DNA of 61,121 bases, filler included. It is 14 parts of 14 records of this genome, joined end to end, with 100 filler letters (N's around TTAATTAATTAA, not from the genome) between each part and the next. Parts side by side here need not be neighbours in the genome. Positions count along the whole stretch, not along the records: positions 28,816 to 36,643 come from SRR15195285_2804; positions 36,744 to 40,689 come from SRR15195285_2810; positions 40,790 to 43,885 come from SRR15195285_2813; positions 43,986 to 47,023 come from SRR15195285_2814; 10 more parts are not named here. The stretch is one strand, 5' to 3'. The translations under genes and the position numbers were made by a program. A model generated the notes under the pieces. The model saw nothing but the letters and a program-made list of their open reading frames with translations, was not told the DNA's origin and searched no databases. Positions 33,242-44,245 of this stretch are shown here, piece after piece; position 1 is the first letter of the stretch; each line of letters starts with the position of its first letter.

Positions 33242-35959
33242 TTAAGCAATAGCACCACTGTCGCGGCGCAAGACGTCAACCTCCACCTGCAGCGACTCCC
33301 TAATGCTTTCCCACTCTGCATCATCGACAAAACCTGACTTATCGGCGTCATAGCGGTCGAAGAGGTCATCGATCCAGTGGTCAGGTACGTCGCTCTGGGG
33401 GACCTGTAAGATATCGAGCGTGATCCTCACCATCTTCCGACACTGCTTTTTGCTGAGCTGTTTTGTTGACGCTTGGGTCGTCTCGGGGACCCGTAGTGTC
33501 TCGTGTGCGACGACAAGCAGGCTGCAGATGTCTTTTCCCTGTCGGTTCACATTGATCGTGTTGATCGCGAACGATGAGCAGATGAAACGCCGGCGCACCT
33601 TGTTGCACAGCTCGGTTAGCTGCTGAGTGAGGATACTATCCATATCGGTCGAGCGAGGATGAGCAGGTTCCGTCTTTGTCAGGGTCACGACAACGCGGTT
33701 GCCAACCTCCCCGCCAGCCTCGGAATACAAAACCGATATGACGCAAGGCTGTCCCTTGCCCCACTTCACCGCACCCTTTTTCGCTACGGCTTGGACCGTG
33801 TCAGAAGTGTCTGCGCCCACCATGTCAACGTCGACGATCACACCACCCGCCTCGGTGATCTCGTTGCACCTTTGTTGGCACTGCAGTACGGCTTGTTCCC
33901 AAGTAAAGCTACCGACGAAATCGGATTTGATTGGAAACCCAACCGTGTATGGCACGCGTGCAGGGGCGCCCGTGCACACCAGTTGTAGCAAGGTCTTGCG
34001 GTCTGCAGATACTCCGCCAGTCTTCGGCGTCAGAGATAGCGAAACCAGGCCTAGGCTTGATTTAGCGTTCAGCTTCTTCAGTGCATCAGCATTGTTCAGC
34101 CCTTTCGTGGTAGCCGTCTTGAGGGTGACACTCTCGCGCGGGTTGACTTCTGGATCGTACAGGATCATCAAAACGGACTGGCCGGATGTGTCAATGTGCG
34201 CTTTTACATCCATCACGCAGCCGCCCAAGGATTTCAAAAACTCCCCCGCGCTCTTCACCGTGGCTTCCCACCTGCCTTTTGGGTCCTGAAATACACGGCA
34301 CGCCATCTGAGCGCCTGCGGGAATGCTCATCGTGGATGGGAGCTCTTCATCCTCTGCTGTCCTCGCGTCCAGCTCGGGCTCGGGCTCGGGCTGGGGAGCT
34401 GCGAAGTCAAGGTTACCCCTGCGCAGACTGTCCGTAGGCGCTAGCATACCGCTTCGCTGCGCCACTCCCAAACCGTGTGGGTCGCTCTCCTCAATATCGA
34501 CCAAGTTGGAGACCCAGTCGTTCGTAGGTGGATCGAACCACATCCACTCGGTCTGGCCTAGCGGAATATCACTGCTAGCGTCCGGCGGGTCGTGAAACGC
34601 TGTGGCATTTGAATTTTGGGGGTCGAACTTCCGACGCAGCAGCCATTTGCCTTGCCCCCACCACAGATGATACCCCGTTGTGCTTTGCCAGTGTGGCCTG
34701 CCGTTGGCCTCACCCACGCAGACGTACTCGCCATTGTAGTCTGGCTTCAGACAGCCAATGAGCCTGAGTGGCTTGACAGGTTCGTTCTCGGTGTCGATGC
34801 CCAAGTGATGGCAAACGGCGCAGCAGCGGTGGTGCAGTGTACTGTGCGCGTCTGCCACCTTTGTAATCTCTACCGCCTTGTCGACCGATTCCACTATCGA
34901 AAGCGTGGCGTCAATGCCGAGTTCAAGGCAGATGTCGTCCACCATGCTTCGCAGGGTGCGCCCTTCGTGGCGGTGATGCTCCGGCATTTGGAATGATAGT
35001 TTCCATGGGCGTGGTGTTGCCCGCATCAGGTCGCTAACTTCCTGCCCCGGTACCCCGTCCACAGATTCGTCCTGAAACGCAATGAGTTTCATGCCCGGCA
35101 CCATACCAAGGCTCGCGGCTTTCTCGCCGACCGGCTCGGCGACGACGTTTCCGTCAGGGTCGAGATTGAGTCCGAGCTTCCCCGAATCCGCAGGAACCTC
35201 GACGATACGTAGGACCGTGTTCGGACCCAGCAGCTCTGTGTCGAGTAAGGACTTGTCAACGCAGTAGTGGTAGTCCATCTGCTCGCGATGTTGCGCGACT
35301 GCCAGTCGTACGGTCTTGCGGATCTTGGCCGCTCGCCACATTGACTGCAGCTTCTCTATTGGGCGCCGCAGCTCGGCCATCCCTTCCTCAAAGCATTTGC
35401 GCAGCCACCATCCTCGCCAGTGCTTCTGGATGACAGTGGCGGCCTGGCGCCGCTGCGCGCCTACTGACGTCTGTATGGCTGCCTTCCTGGTAAACTCTTC
35501 CTCTGCCCTGAGCCGCATCTCGGCCTGTCGCCGCGCTTCGGTCTCCCCCTCGAGCGCCAGTTGACACATCTTCGCGGCGTTCAGCTCCGCCTTCTCGCGC
35601 GCCTCGCGCATCATCTCTAGCTCGTTCCGCGCCATGCGCAGCGCGCGCTCGCGTGCCTCGAGCACCGCGGGGATCGGCGGGATGCCCGCCTCCACCATGG
35701 ACGCGGTGTACGGCGGCTGTTTGCCGTACGAAATGTCCGTCAAGCTCGGCGACGGCGGTGGCCCACTTCCGGACGAACCCAAGCCAGACGCCTGCTCAGA
35801 TGCGCTCACAGCCACGCCGATAGAAGCGCGCCCCACCCCCATCCCGGCCTCGGCTCCGCCATCCGCCGCCTGTGCCTGAGCCGCCGCGAGGCGCTTCTGT
35901 CGGCGTTCGAGCTGCGCCCGGCGCAGCGCCAGCTCCTCCGCCTTGCCACGCGTCGACAT
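33242..35959 (-). CDS. Multidomain protein with coiled coil, two IQ motifs, PDZ-like domain and C-terminal EF-hand
   Basis: First ATG at 35959 (MSTRGK). IQKHWRGWWLRK and LQSMWRAAKIRK; GKLGLNL...GMVPGMKLIAFQDESV...RPWKLSF (PDZ-like); DRYDADKSGFVDDAEW (EF-hand). Confidence 0.82.
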   Translation of the reverse strand: MSTRGKAEELALRRAQLERRQKRLAAAQAQAADGGAEAGMGVGRASIGVAVSASEQASGLGSSGSGPPPSPSLTDISYGKQPPYTASMVEAGIPPIPAVLEARERALRMARNELEMMREAREKAELNAAKMCQLALEGETEARRQAEMRLRAEEEFTRKAAIQTSVGAQRRQAATVIQKHWRGWWLRKCFEEGMAELRRPIEKLQSMWRAAKIRKTVRLAVAQHREQMDYHYCVDKSLLDTELLGPNTVLRIVEVPADSGKLGLNLDPDGNVVAEPVGEKAASLGMVPGMKLIAFQDESVDGVPGQEVSDLMRATPRPWKLSFQMPEHHRHEGRTLRSMVDDICLELGIDATLSIVESVDKAVEITKVADAHSTLHHRCCAVCHHLGIDTENEPVKPLRLIGCLKPDYNGEYVCVGEANGRPHWQSTTGYHLWWGQGKWLLRRKFDPQNSNATAFHDPPDASSDIPLGQTEWMWFDPPTNDWVSNLVDIEESDPHGLGVAQRSGMLAPTDSLRRGNLDFAAPQPEPEPELDARTAEDEELPSTMSIPAGAQMACRVFQDPKGRWEATVKSAGEFLKSLGGCVMDVKAHIDTSGQSVLMILYDPEVNPRESVTLKTATTKGLNNADALKKLNAKSSLGLVSLSLTPKTGGVSADRKTLLQLVCTGAPARVPYTVGFPIKSDFVGSFTWEQAVLQCQQRCNEITEAGGVIVDVDMVGADTSDTVQAVAKKGAVKWGKGQPCVISVLYSEAGGEVGNRVVVTLTKTEPAHPRSTDMDSILTQQLTELCNKVRRRFICSSFAINTINVNRQGKDICSLLVVAHETLRVPETTQASTKQLSKKQCRKMVRITLDILQVPQSDVPDHWIDDLFDRYDADKSGFVDDAEWESIRESLQVEVDVLRRDSGAIA

Positions 35960-36743
35960 CTTGAGAAGAAGTCCGCCGCGAAGGGCGAAGGGGAAGAAAC
36001 GTCCCGCCAATCACACGGTGTATGTGTATGGCTCTGTGCTCTGTACCGTGTGTTTTCCCAGCACGATATCTCGACCCTCCAAACCGGATCGTCACTGGAG
36101 TCACAGGCCGCGGGTCAGAATGACAGTAATTTCAATACAAATGCGCACAAAACACGCAGCTGCGATCATGATCTCGAGGCGGTCATCCGTCCCCGCTATT
36201 TCTCGGTGTTTTCTACTATATCGAAACGATTCTCACCCAGTCGGTGCAACATTGACTTGTTTTGTACTTTACACGGTATCTCGTCGTCATAGAATTCAAG
36301 CGCCGGGTAGTTTTCTATTGAAAATTGACACGGAAAATACCACCGTTTATCCGAACCCATGATTAGTGTGATCCCAGGGCGTCGGCAGAGTGTACTGAGA
36401 TCGATTGGGTTCGCACCGTGATAGTTTCAAATTGGCATGAGTCCGTGCGACGGGCAGCAATGGCGTTGAGCTCAACAGAGAACAGTGTCATGGTCAGGTG
36501 GCTCAACGACGGGATACAATTTTGCCTGTGTTTTTGAATACACCTCGGCGCTTGTTTATGTCGGATCCCAGACCACCTTCTGGCCCAAGGGTACTGTAAA
36601 TTTGCATAGAATTGTCTCATCGTTCGGTAGCGGGCAAACGCCCNNNNNNNNNNNNNNNNNNNNNNNNNNNNNNNNNNNNNNNNNNNNTTAATTAATTAAN
36701 NNNNNNNNNNNNNNNNNNNNNNNNNNNNNNNNNNNNNNNNNNN

Positions 36744-37896
36744 GAGGTGATCAAGGTGCGAAATGCGCGCGGGGTGAGCGGGAAAGGTGTCATGGTGTCG
36801 ACGTGCGCCTTCTCAGATGACGGGAAGATGATCTGCGCTGGTACCGAGGACGGGACACTGCAGGTGTGGACCATGGGGGGGGGTGAAGTCCCGGCCCCAC
36901 AAGACTTGCCGCAAAGCGCATGCGCCTGGAAATGAGATCACTGGCGTTTCGATCGGCCCTGACGGTCACACGATGGCTTCGCGGTGCTTCGACGGCACCA
37001 TGAAAGTGTGGGACCTGCGCAAGTTCACTACGCCACTCGCAACCTTCGGCGGCCTGGACAACTTCATATCGGAAACCGACTGCGTATTCTCTCCTTCTGG
37101 TCGCTACATTATGACGGGCACGTCCGTCTATACAGGCAGCAAGGACCGGGAAGGGAGCGGGGCCGACGGACGGGGCGGAGCGACGCCGGGGTACGGCAGC
37201 GTAGGGGGTGAGCTCTTCAAGCTGGTGGGCGATCAAGAGAGCGCTGGTAGCAACGGCAGCGGGGCGGGGCGGCTGGTGTTTGTCGACCCGAGCACGCTGA
37301 GCATAGTGCGGGAAGTCGAGTTCCCTGGCACGTCAGTGCTGCGGATCTGTTGGCATGCGCGGCTCAACCAGATCTTCGTATCGGACGGCGACGGGAACAC
37401 GCACGGCCACTACACCCCTGGTCTCAGCCAAAAGGGTGCGCTGCTATGCGCGAACAAGGCCGTGTCCAAGAAGAAGTTTAGCGCTGCCTACACTGCGGAG
37501 GTGCAACCTGAGATCATCAACCCGCACGCCTTGCCGCTCTACAAGAGCGAACAGCAGCAAAAGCAGGCGGCCAAGCATCGGCGGCGAGGTGAGCCCGAAG
37601 TGCCGGCCTACAGACGGACGGAGCCCATGCGCGGGACCGGCGCACTTGGCGGCGAGAAGACCGCCTCGTCATTCACTGAGTACATCATGCGGCAGGCCGC
37701 GCAAGACCCATCCACCTCAGGCAACTTGCGTCGCGAGGACCCGCGCGAGGCCATCTTGAAGCACGCTGCTGCAGCGGAGGCCAACCCGACGTGGATCTCG
37801 AAGGCCTACTTGCAGACGCAGCCAAAGACACAGTACGCAGAAAAGACTGCTGAGCAAGAGGAGGAGGAGAGCAAGAAGCAGTTTCTCAAAAAGTAG
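36744..37896 (+). CDS. WDR70: WD40 protein WDR70/GAD-1 homolog, 5'-truncated, with an apparent 1-nt frameshift in a G9 run
   Basis: CAFSDDGKMICAGTEDGTLQVW, ASRCFDGTMKVWDLRKF..PL, ETDCVFSP, WHARLNQI, IINPHALPLY and DPREAILKHA...P.WISKAY..TQPK. The frame switches at G run 36875-36883. Confidence 0.88.
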
Positions 37897-38290
37897 CTGC
37901 CTTAGGACGGCATGGACTGCGATGGGCTAGGCTCTGGCTCAGTAGCAGCGCGATCTTTGCCGCTGCGCTTGCTTTTTGGCAGGTGGGCTGCCGTTCTGTT
38001 TGGAATGCATCGTCAATCCATTTCAACGCACTACGGGCGGTAGTCGCCGTCATCGTCTGAGCCTTCGAACTCATCCTCCGATGCCTGTCATTTGGAGAAT
38101 TCGATTCAGATTCTGGCCCTAGGACCAATCGTATCACGTTATACTAGTGCGAAAGGTCATGCAGGGGTAGCACGCAAGCAGTGCTAGTCAGGACGCTAAC
38201 TCCTTTTCCTTTGGCCCAAAAATCCACCACACGTCCATACCGACTGCAGCATTGCTGGGTCTGACTATAGATCAATTAGCACTGGAGCCG

Positions 38291-40585
38291 TCACGTAGCG
38301 CGGCCGATCCACGCGTCGAACTCTTGCTTGCTGATGGACAGGCTTCCGTTCACCCGCAGCTCTCCCTCCGTATTCACCACTTCTAGCAGCTGATCGATCT
38401 GAGCCCCTCTCTTCGCGAGCTCCGCCTGTTTTTGCTCACCTCCAGTACCGGGTGGTGGCGAGTCCCACCCGAACGCCGCCAGCAGATCCTCCCGATCGAG
38501 CCGGTGGTCCTGGTTTTTATCGAGCGTCTCGAACCGCAACGAGCCTGCGGAGTTCGTCACTGCCCCTGCCTCCCACGTGGGACCATGGATTGTCGTGGGA
38601 TTGTCCATCGTCCCACCGTCTGGTGCGCCTAGCAGGGCGGCGCCCACCTCCTGGATGGCCGCGTTGAACGTCTCAGCGCCCTCGGACTCGATGACGGAGC
38701 GCAAGCGCGCCTCGTCCTCCGGCGAGAAGCAATGCGCGTTCTTCACGTCGAAAGTGTGCAGAGCCGCCGCGGCGCTGTCCCCACCACCGCTGAGGCCGGC
38801 AATGCCATCATCCAGCGGATCCATGGTGCTGGATTTTGTTGCTGATCGGCAGTCTGTGATCACAGTGCGCTTGCTCGCCTGCACCACTCCGGACATTGCG
38901 AAGTGGATGTAGAGCTCCAGCACACACCAGAGGCGACTGACGTAGGACTCGCCACACAGGATCAGAAGCTTGGAGCAGGATTGGACGAGGACGGGCAGGC
39001 AGCGCAGCGTCTGAGCGATGTTTGACTGGTCGATGCAGACCTTGTCTAGCCAGAACGTCGGTTCCCGTCCATGCCGTTGCTGGAACAGCAGCGTCACCGC
39101 CATCATCTGCGCGTACTTCTGCCGCGCGTCATCGCTCCAACTGTGGCTCACAAAGAAGTCACAGCCACCGAGCCCACAGGCTTCGCCCAGGTCGAAGGCC
39201 TGTGCCGCGCTCATTTGACCCCGCGACATATACTGCTCTCCTTCGCTGCGTGGTGAGCTCTCGAGCACGTCCAGTGTCACCCTCGACATCGGCACACGCC
39301 GCATTAACGCCGCCGATTCTGCGATCAGATCTCGCTCGCCCAGCTGATCACCGCCACCGCCGCCAGCATTAGCAGCTCTGTCTGCTCCGGCTGCGGTGTG
39401 ATCATCGTCGTCGTCGTCGTCGTCGTCGTTTTCTGCACTCGCGAGAAGCGCCGCAATGAAAACCCCGTCGTGCAAGCGCTGTTTCGCCGCAAAGGGCTGC
39501 ACCAGCAGGTCGAAAATTTGGTGCCGGCCGTAGAAGCAGATGGCTGGGATAATGACGAAGCCGAGGCCGATCTCTAAGAGTACGGTGTTGGAGGAGTAGC
39601 GTGGCCCTTCCTCGCCGAGATCTGAGAGGGCAGTGAGGCCGAGATTGCCGTATAAATCTAAGTTGTTGCCTCTAAGCTTCTGTGTCTCGGGCGCGAGTGC
39701 TGCCTTGACGATGCACAGCGTGCCGAGGTGCATGTTGAATTGGAACCACAGGTTCCCTAGTAGCTGGCGTCGCTCCCACGGGTAGCCCGCAGGTGGTGTG
39801 GTCTCGTACGCCCGCATGCCCCACCGCCACGTCCAGTGCAGCCACAGCAGCACGATGGTGACGACCGTAATGAGAGCACCGGTGGTGCCGAATCGGCCAC
39901 CGTCCCACTCTCCGTAGTGCCAGAGCTGGATGTCGATGGCGCCGTACACCAGGATACCCGGCGATGTGACGGTCGCATACCACTCGCACACCGTGGGGCG
40001 CCGTCGCCAGAGTGGGACGTCAGTCACCGCCGGACCGAACGGCGTCAGTTGGCCCTGCGCCAGGCCAGCGATCAGCGAGGCAAGGAGCCAGTAGTCGATG
40101 ACGAAGTAGTTGTACAGGTACACCCAGCCATACTTCTCGAACATCGACTTCGGGAGCGTGATGTATGTGTACAGGTAGGGGAGCAGGACCGCAAGCCACA
40201 TCGGCTTCTGGGGCGTGATCGACCCGAACTCTCGCTCAAAGTTCAGATTGTCACCCACAATGAAGGAGAGACCGAGGCCGACGTTGGTCAGACCGAAGCC
40301 GACGGCCCACATCTGTGGATCGGACCAGTCCATGTGCTTGGAGATCATCGCGAACTGCAGTCCAAACAGCGTGATGCATATCCCGACGGTCAGCACGCCG
40401 ACCGCCGCTCGCGCCGCGCGCCGCTCCCGCTTGTCCCGGAATGACTCGATCATGTTCTTGGCGTCGGGGGCCGCATTGTCAGTAGATCCTCCTCCTCCTC
40501 CTCCGTCCGCCTCCCTGGCGGCGGGGCGGGAGCTCATCGGGTTATCCGACGTGGTGACGGCGGCCTCCAGATCGAGCGACGACAT
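38291..40585 (-). CDS. Multi-pass membrane protein with cytoplasmic TIR-like domain and EF-hand
   Basis: Intronless 764 aa with about 8 hydrophobic helices, then DFFVSHSW, FWLDKVCIDQ, LPV...CSKLLILCGESYVSRLWCVLELY (TIR_2/HET-like), then LDKNQDHRLDREDL. Confidence 0.8.
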   Translation of the reverse strand: MSSLDLEAAVTTSDNPMSSRPAAREADGGGGGGSTDNAAPDAKNMIESFRDKRERRAARAAVGVLTVGICITLFGLQFAMISKHMDWSDPQMWAVGFGLTNVGLGLSFIVGDNLNFEREFGSITPQKPMWLAVLLPYLYTYITLPKSMFEKYGWVYLYNYFVIDYWLLASLIAGLAQGQLTPFGPAVTDVPLWRRRPTVCEWYATVTSPGILVYGAIDIQLWHYGEWDGGRFGTTGALITVVTIVLLWLHWTWRWGMRAYETTPPAGYPWERRQLLGNLWFQFNMHLGTLCIVKAALAPETQKLRGNNLDLYGNLGLTALSDLGEEGPRYSSNTVLLEIGLGFVIIPAICFYGRHQIFDLLVQPFAAKQRLHDGVFIAALLASAENDDDDDDDDDHTAAGADRAANAGGGGGDQLGERDLIAESAALMRRVPMSRVTLDVLESSPRSEGEQYMSRGQMSAAQAFDLGEACGLGGCDFFVSHSWSDDARQKYAQMMAVTLLFQQRHGREPTFWLDKVCIDQSNIAQTLRCLPVLVQSCSKLLILCGESYVSRLWCVLELYIHFAMSGVVQASKRTVITDCRSATKSSTMDPLDDGIAGLSGGGDSAAAALHTFDVKNAHCFSPEDEARLRSVIESEGAETFNAAIQEVGAALLGAPDGGTMDNPTTIHGPTWEAGAVTNSAGSLRFETLDKNQDHRLDREDLLAAFGWDSPPPGTGGEQKQAELAKRGAQIDQLLEVVNTEGELRVNGSLSISKQEFDAWIGRAT

Positions 40586-40790
40586 GATGGCGCCCCGCCA
40601 CTGGCTTGGCGGCCTCCGTCGCTGCTACTCGTGTACACGTATACGTAGCGCGTGGCTCGCGGCGCGAGGATCGATCGCGCCTCCGCGCGNNNNNNNNNNN
40701 NNNNNNNNNNNNNNNNNNNNNNNNNNNNNNNNNTTAATTAATTAANNNNNNNNNNNNNNNNNNNNNNNNNNNNNNNNNNNNNNNNNNNNA

Positions 40791-41781
40791 CAGCAGGAGC
40801 AGCAGCAGCAGCAGCAGCCACAGACGGAGCCTGCCGGACAGATACCGTCTGTAGTTGAACCAGGTGGAAGCGGAGCCAGCAAGCCTCCACCACGGCTTGG
40901 ACAGGTTGCTTGGATGCTGATGATCATGGCTCAGTGCATCGTAAACGTCGCTGCCTCGGTGACACAGTGTGATCCACTTCAGGCTGCATTTTTTGACTCT
41001 GGTGGATTTCTCCTCGGCATTTCAGTAGCCTTGACATGGTTCAACGGCATGCGGCTGTTCGAATACTCGCCTCGCTACTACCTGCTCGTCCATTCTCTTT
41101 CTCATGGACTGCCGTCGGTCGCCCGGTTTACGCTTGGATGTGTCCCCATCTTCATGGCATATGTTGGTGCAGCGACAGTCTTCTTTGGGCGGACATCGCA
41201 GAGCTTCGGCTCGATCGGCGAGACAACGACGACTCTATTCTCGCTGCTTAACGGAGACACGATGTTGGACACTTTTGACTCGATCGGCCCTGCTGACCAA
41301 TGGAGGAGTGCCCTTGGGCGCCTGTTTCTTGGCACGTTCATCATGTTGTTCTCATACGCAGTTTTGAATGTCTTCATCTCAATCATCTCTCAGGCATGGG
41401 AAGAAGTACATTTTGAAGCACTTGTGGATGGTTCGCCACCCGACCAGCTGCTACCAGATCATCAGTTTGGTAGGAGAGGTGGAAGACACTCGCGACCCCG
41501 CGGGAGTCAGATGAATACTGTGGGCTCGACGGGCGATGCTGACGATGGTAGCTTCAGGTGTGTTTCCGCCTCATAAGTGCTACCAGGTAGCCGTCACGCG
41601 TTCATAGTTTTATGTTCCAATGTGCGTTGCATACTGAAGTGCTACCCGCTCGTGGCTGATTGGCCCGTTTACTGGCAGGCCTGAGCTGCGGCTTGCACAG
41701 CTTTGCCAGGGACTGGAGGTACAGCTAGCGGAGGTGAGGAATGTCATGCATGACTTGCAAAATGACGGCCAGGTTCATTGA
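40791..41781 (+). CDS. Mucolipin (TRPML)/polycystin-family cation channel, C-terminal part
   Basis: S4-S6 region RLFEYSPRYYLLV..L..GLP.VARF, pore LFSLLNGD, and LGRLFL..FI.LF.YAVLNVFISII. Intron 41558-41678 leads to a short helical tail ending at TGA 41779-41781. 5' end missing. Confidence 0.85.
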
Positions 41782-41925
41782 TTTCTCGTGGTACCAGTAC
41801 TTGGCGCCTTACTGTTTGCAATGAACGGCTTGTGTCGGATCTATCGTGAATCCACAGGGCACCTTGTTCCCTCTTGACGAGAACGAGTAGTGGTAGGGCT
41901 TCTCCAATCCGTGCAGACCTCCGCG

Positions 41926-43711
41926 TCACACAAGACGAGTACAGTTCACTCCCGCGGTGCATGGCGCAAACGGACGTGCAACCGGTACTATCGACATCTG
42001 CGTTGTGAAGTGAAAGCCCCCAGCCGCCAGACCAAACTGTACACTGACCACGAACGACGTCCACTGGCCCGCTGGCGGAGGTGGAACCGATCCCTTCCAT
42101 GTACCAGCAGAGACATGCTCCGCATCACTCTGGATATACTTCACAACGTGCGGGGCAGACTTGCCGTCAGAGCAGTTGTGACCCGGGAGGCCGCCACGAC
42201 AGTTGTATAGACGAAAGTCGCGGAAGCCGTCGGATGTCGTGGCTGCCCATACAGACACCTTCTCCGGCATTGCGAGGCTAGAGAAGTTGCCCACCGTGAT
42301 ACTCTGTCCGTCCGCCGCGATATCCCAGGTAAATGTCGGCCGGGGCACACCTTGTACCACTGCGCTGTAAAAGGGGAGTAGGGCTGTACCAAAGACCTGC
42401 ACTCCCTTCGCAGCAGAAGGCGGGATGAAATTGAGTGGATGATCAGCGTTTGGAATGTGGAGCAAGTGCTTCTCATTCTTGAAATCGTCCCACCAAATAT
42501 GATTGTCATCTGGCAAAAAAAACTCATCATTGCCGCCGTTCACAACCATCTTCGGCACTGTTTCGAAGCGTGGATTTGGCCAGGGCGAGCGCGCTCCTCG
42601 CTTTGTCGAGATGTAAGAGTATGGATCGACGATATCTGCCATGCGAGCAAACTCTGGTGTCTTTGAGACCGGGCCGACCATCCCTGCATTGGTGTAGTCC
42701 GCGTACTCAAACGTCCACCCACCCAAAGATTCGTAGGCTCGATCGGTGTTATTAGCTAGATTGAGCAGATCCATCACCACAGGGACAAGCGCTGCGCAGC
42801 GCGGCTCGACTGTTCCTGTCGTCCACGTTGTCCAACCTCTCTTGCTCGCCCCACCGACGACAAACTTTGAGACTTGGACGCCGAACTTTTTTGATGCCTA
42901 CATCCGGCCCGTAACACAGAATAAGCAATTGCCAAAATCAAAACGGGCATCCATCATACCAAACCCAGACAAAGACCTAGGGAGAACGCACATAGTCAGT
43001 GACGGTATCCATCGCACGGACAACGGCCTTCGTCATCGGCATCCGCAGCAGCCACTCCGGTGAGTGGTTATCTTTGAGGACGAAGTGGTTCCACGTATAG
43101 GCGATAATGCCATCTTCGTCGCGCAGCTCGCGGGGGTACAACCTGGGATCATGTGGAATATCCACAGTGAATGCTACTGGCTGATTGGGAATCTGTCGAA
43201 GCACGGCACATACAGTGCCGGTTGCCGCGGCCAGCTCGCCTGCGATAGCTACTTCGCCATCTTTGGTGTCGATCGGCTTGCCTCCGTCCGTGTTATCGCC
43301 GCCAGTAATCCAGATCCACCCAGTGTCGCTGTTTCCTGACTGTTTGTTGAGTTTCTTCGGAACCACCACAACCAGCTGGTGCCACCAAACGCTCTTCGAG
43401 GGCGAGTACGGTTTGAAATCGTCATCTGTCAGCCAGCGCTGGCTGGTCATGTTCAGAACAAATGCCGTTGCACCCGGCAGTCCGAAGGTCTGGATCGGCT
43501 CCGGCATGTACGAGTATGTTGGATCCGGCATATCCACATAGAACTGGAGCGGAGAGGTGCCGACTGGGACGCAGGTGCCACGGATTGAGTAGCCAGACGG
43601 GCAGTTGATCATCTCGGCAGGTGGCTCCTCCACGCTAGAACTGCCGCCCTGACATGTAGAGACTACCGCTACCGCCACGGCGAAGATCCACAAACGACCT
43701 CGCACGGCCAT
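41926..43711 (-). CDS. Secreted PqaA (PhoPQ-activated pathogenicity)/autocrine proliferation repressor AprA-family protein; 2 exons
   Basis: Signal peptide, LNMTSQRWL, WWHQLVVVVP, ITGG, QIPNQP, EDGIIAYTW, PMTKAVVRAMD. After intron 42898-42991: FVVGGASKRGWTTW, VDPYSY, PKMVVNGGNDEFFLPD, IPNADH. Confidence 0.9.
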
Positions 43712-43985
43712 GATGTCGCACACGTCCGTTGCGTTAAACAGACCCGCCAAAAATGGCCCCCGCGTCCAGTCCCGTTGCTCACACGTGCATCGGTGCTCTC
43801 CAAGAGCCCAGGCCCCTCGTTCAACTTTGCAGTACTACGGTGTGCAGTCGGCGATTTCGGGCCACATGCATGATCAGTACGTAGTNNNNNNNNNNNNNNN
43901 NNNNNNNNNNNNNNNNNNNNNNNNNNNNNTTAATTAATTAANNNNNNNNNNNNNNNNNNNNNNNNNNNNNNNNNNNNNNNNNNNN

Positions 43986-44110
43986 AGCAACAGCAACAGC
44001 AGCAGCAGCAGCAGCTTCCAATAGCTGCAACAGCGGTGGGTGGCGGCCAAGCCAGCGACCCTGTCCCTACGAAGGCCATGCCCAAGCAGGAGTCTTTAAC
44101 TTGGACCTGA
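43986..44110 (+). CDS. Probable last codons of an unidentified polyQ-containing gene
   Basis: QQQQQQQQLPIAATAVGGGQASDPVPTKAMPKQESLTWT* runs from the contig start. Confidence 0.3.
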
Positions 44111-44245
44111 GACTTCCTAGCTAGCATTTCGCAGACTGAATTACGTACGACAGTGCAGCAGTATTCATCAACGTGTTGGCTTACAAAACACAGCTTGTCC
44201 CCACGCTGCCCGGACCGGATCAACCCTCTAGAGGATCTGAGGTAT

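Noticed and set aside
36873-36885. Programmed frameshift or pseudogenisation of WDR70
   Set aside because: The shift falls in a G9 homopolymer and both flanking frames are well conserved; a sequencing or assembly indel is the simplest explanation.
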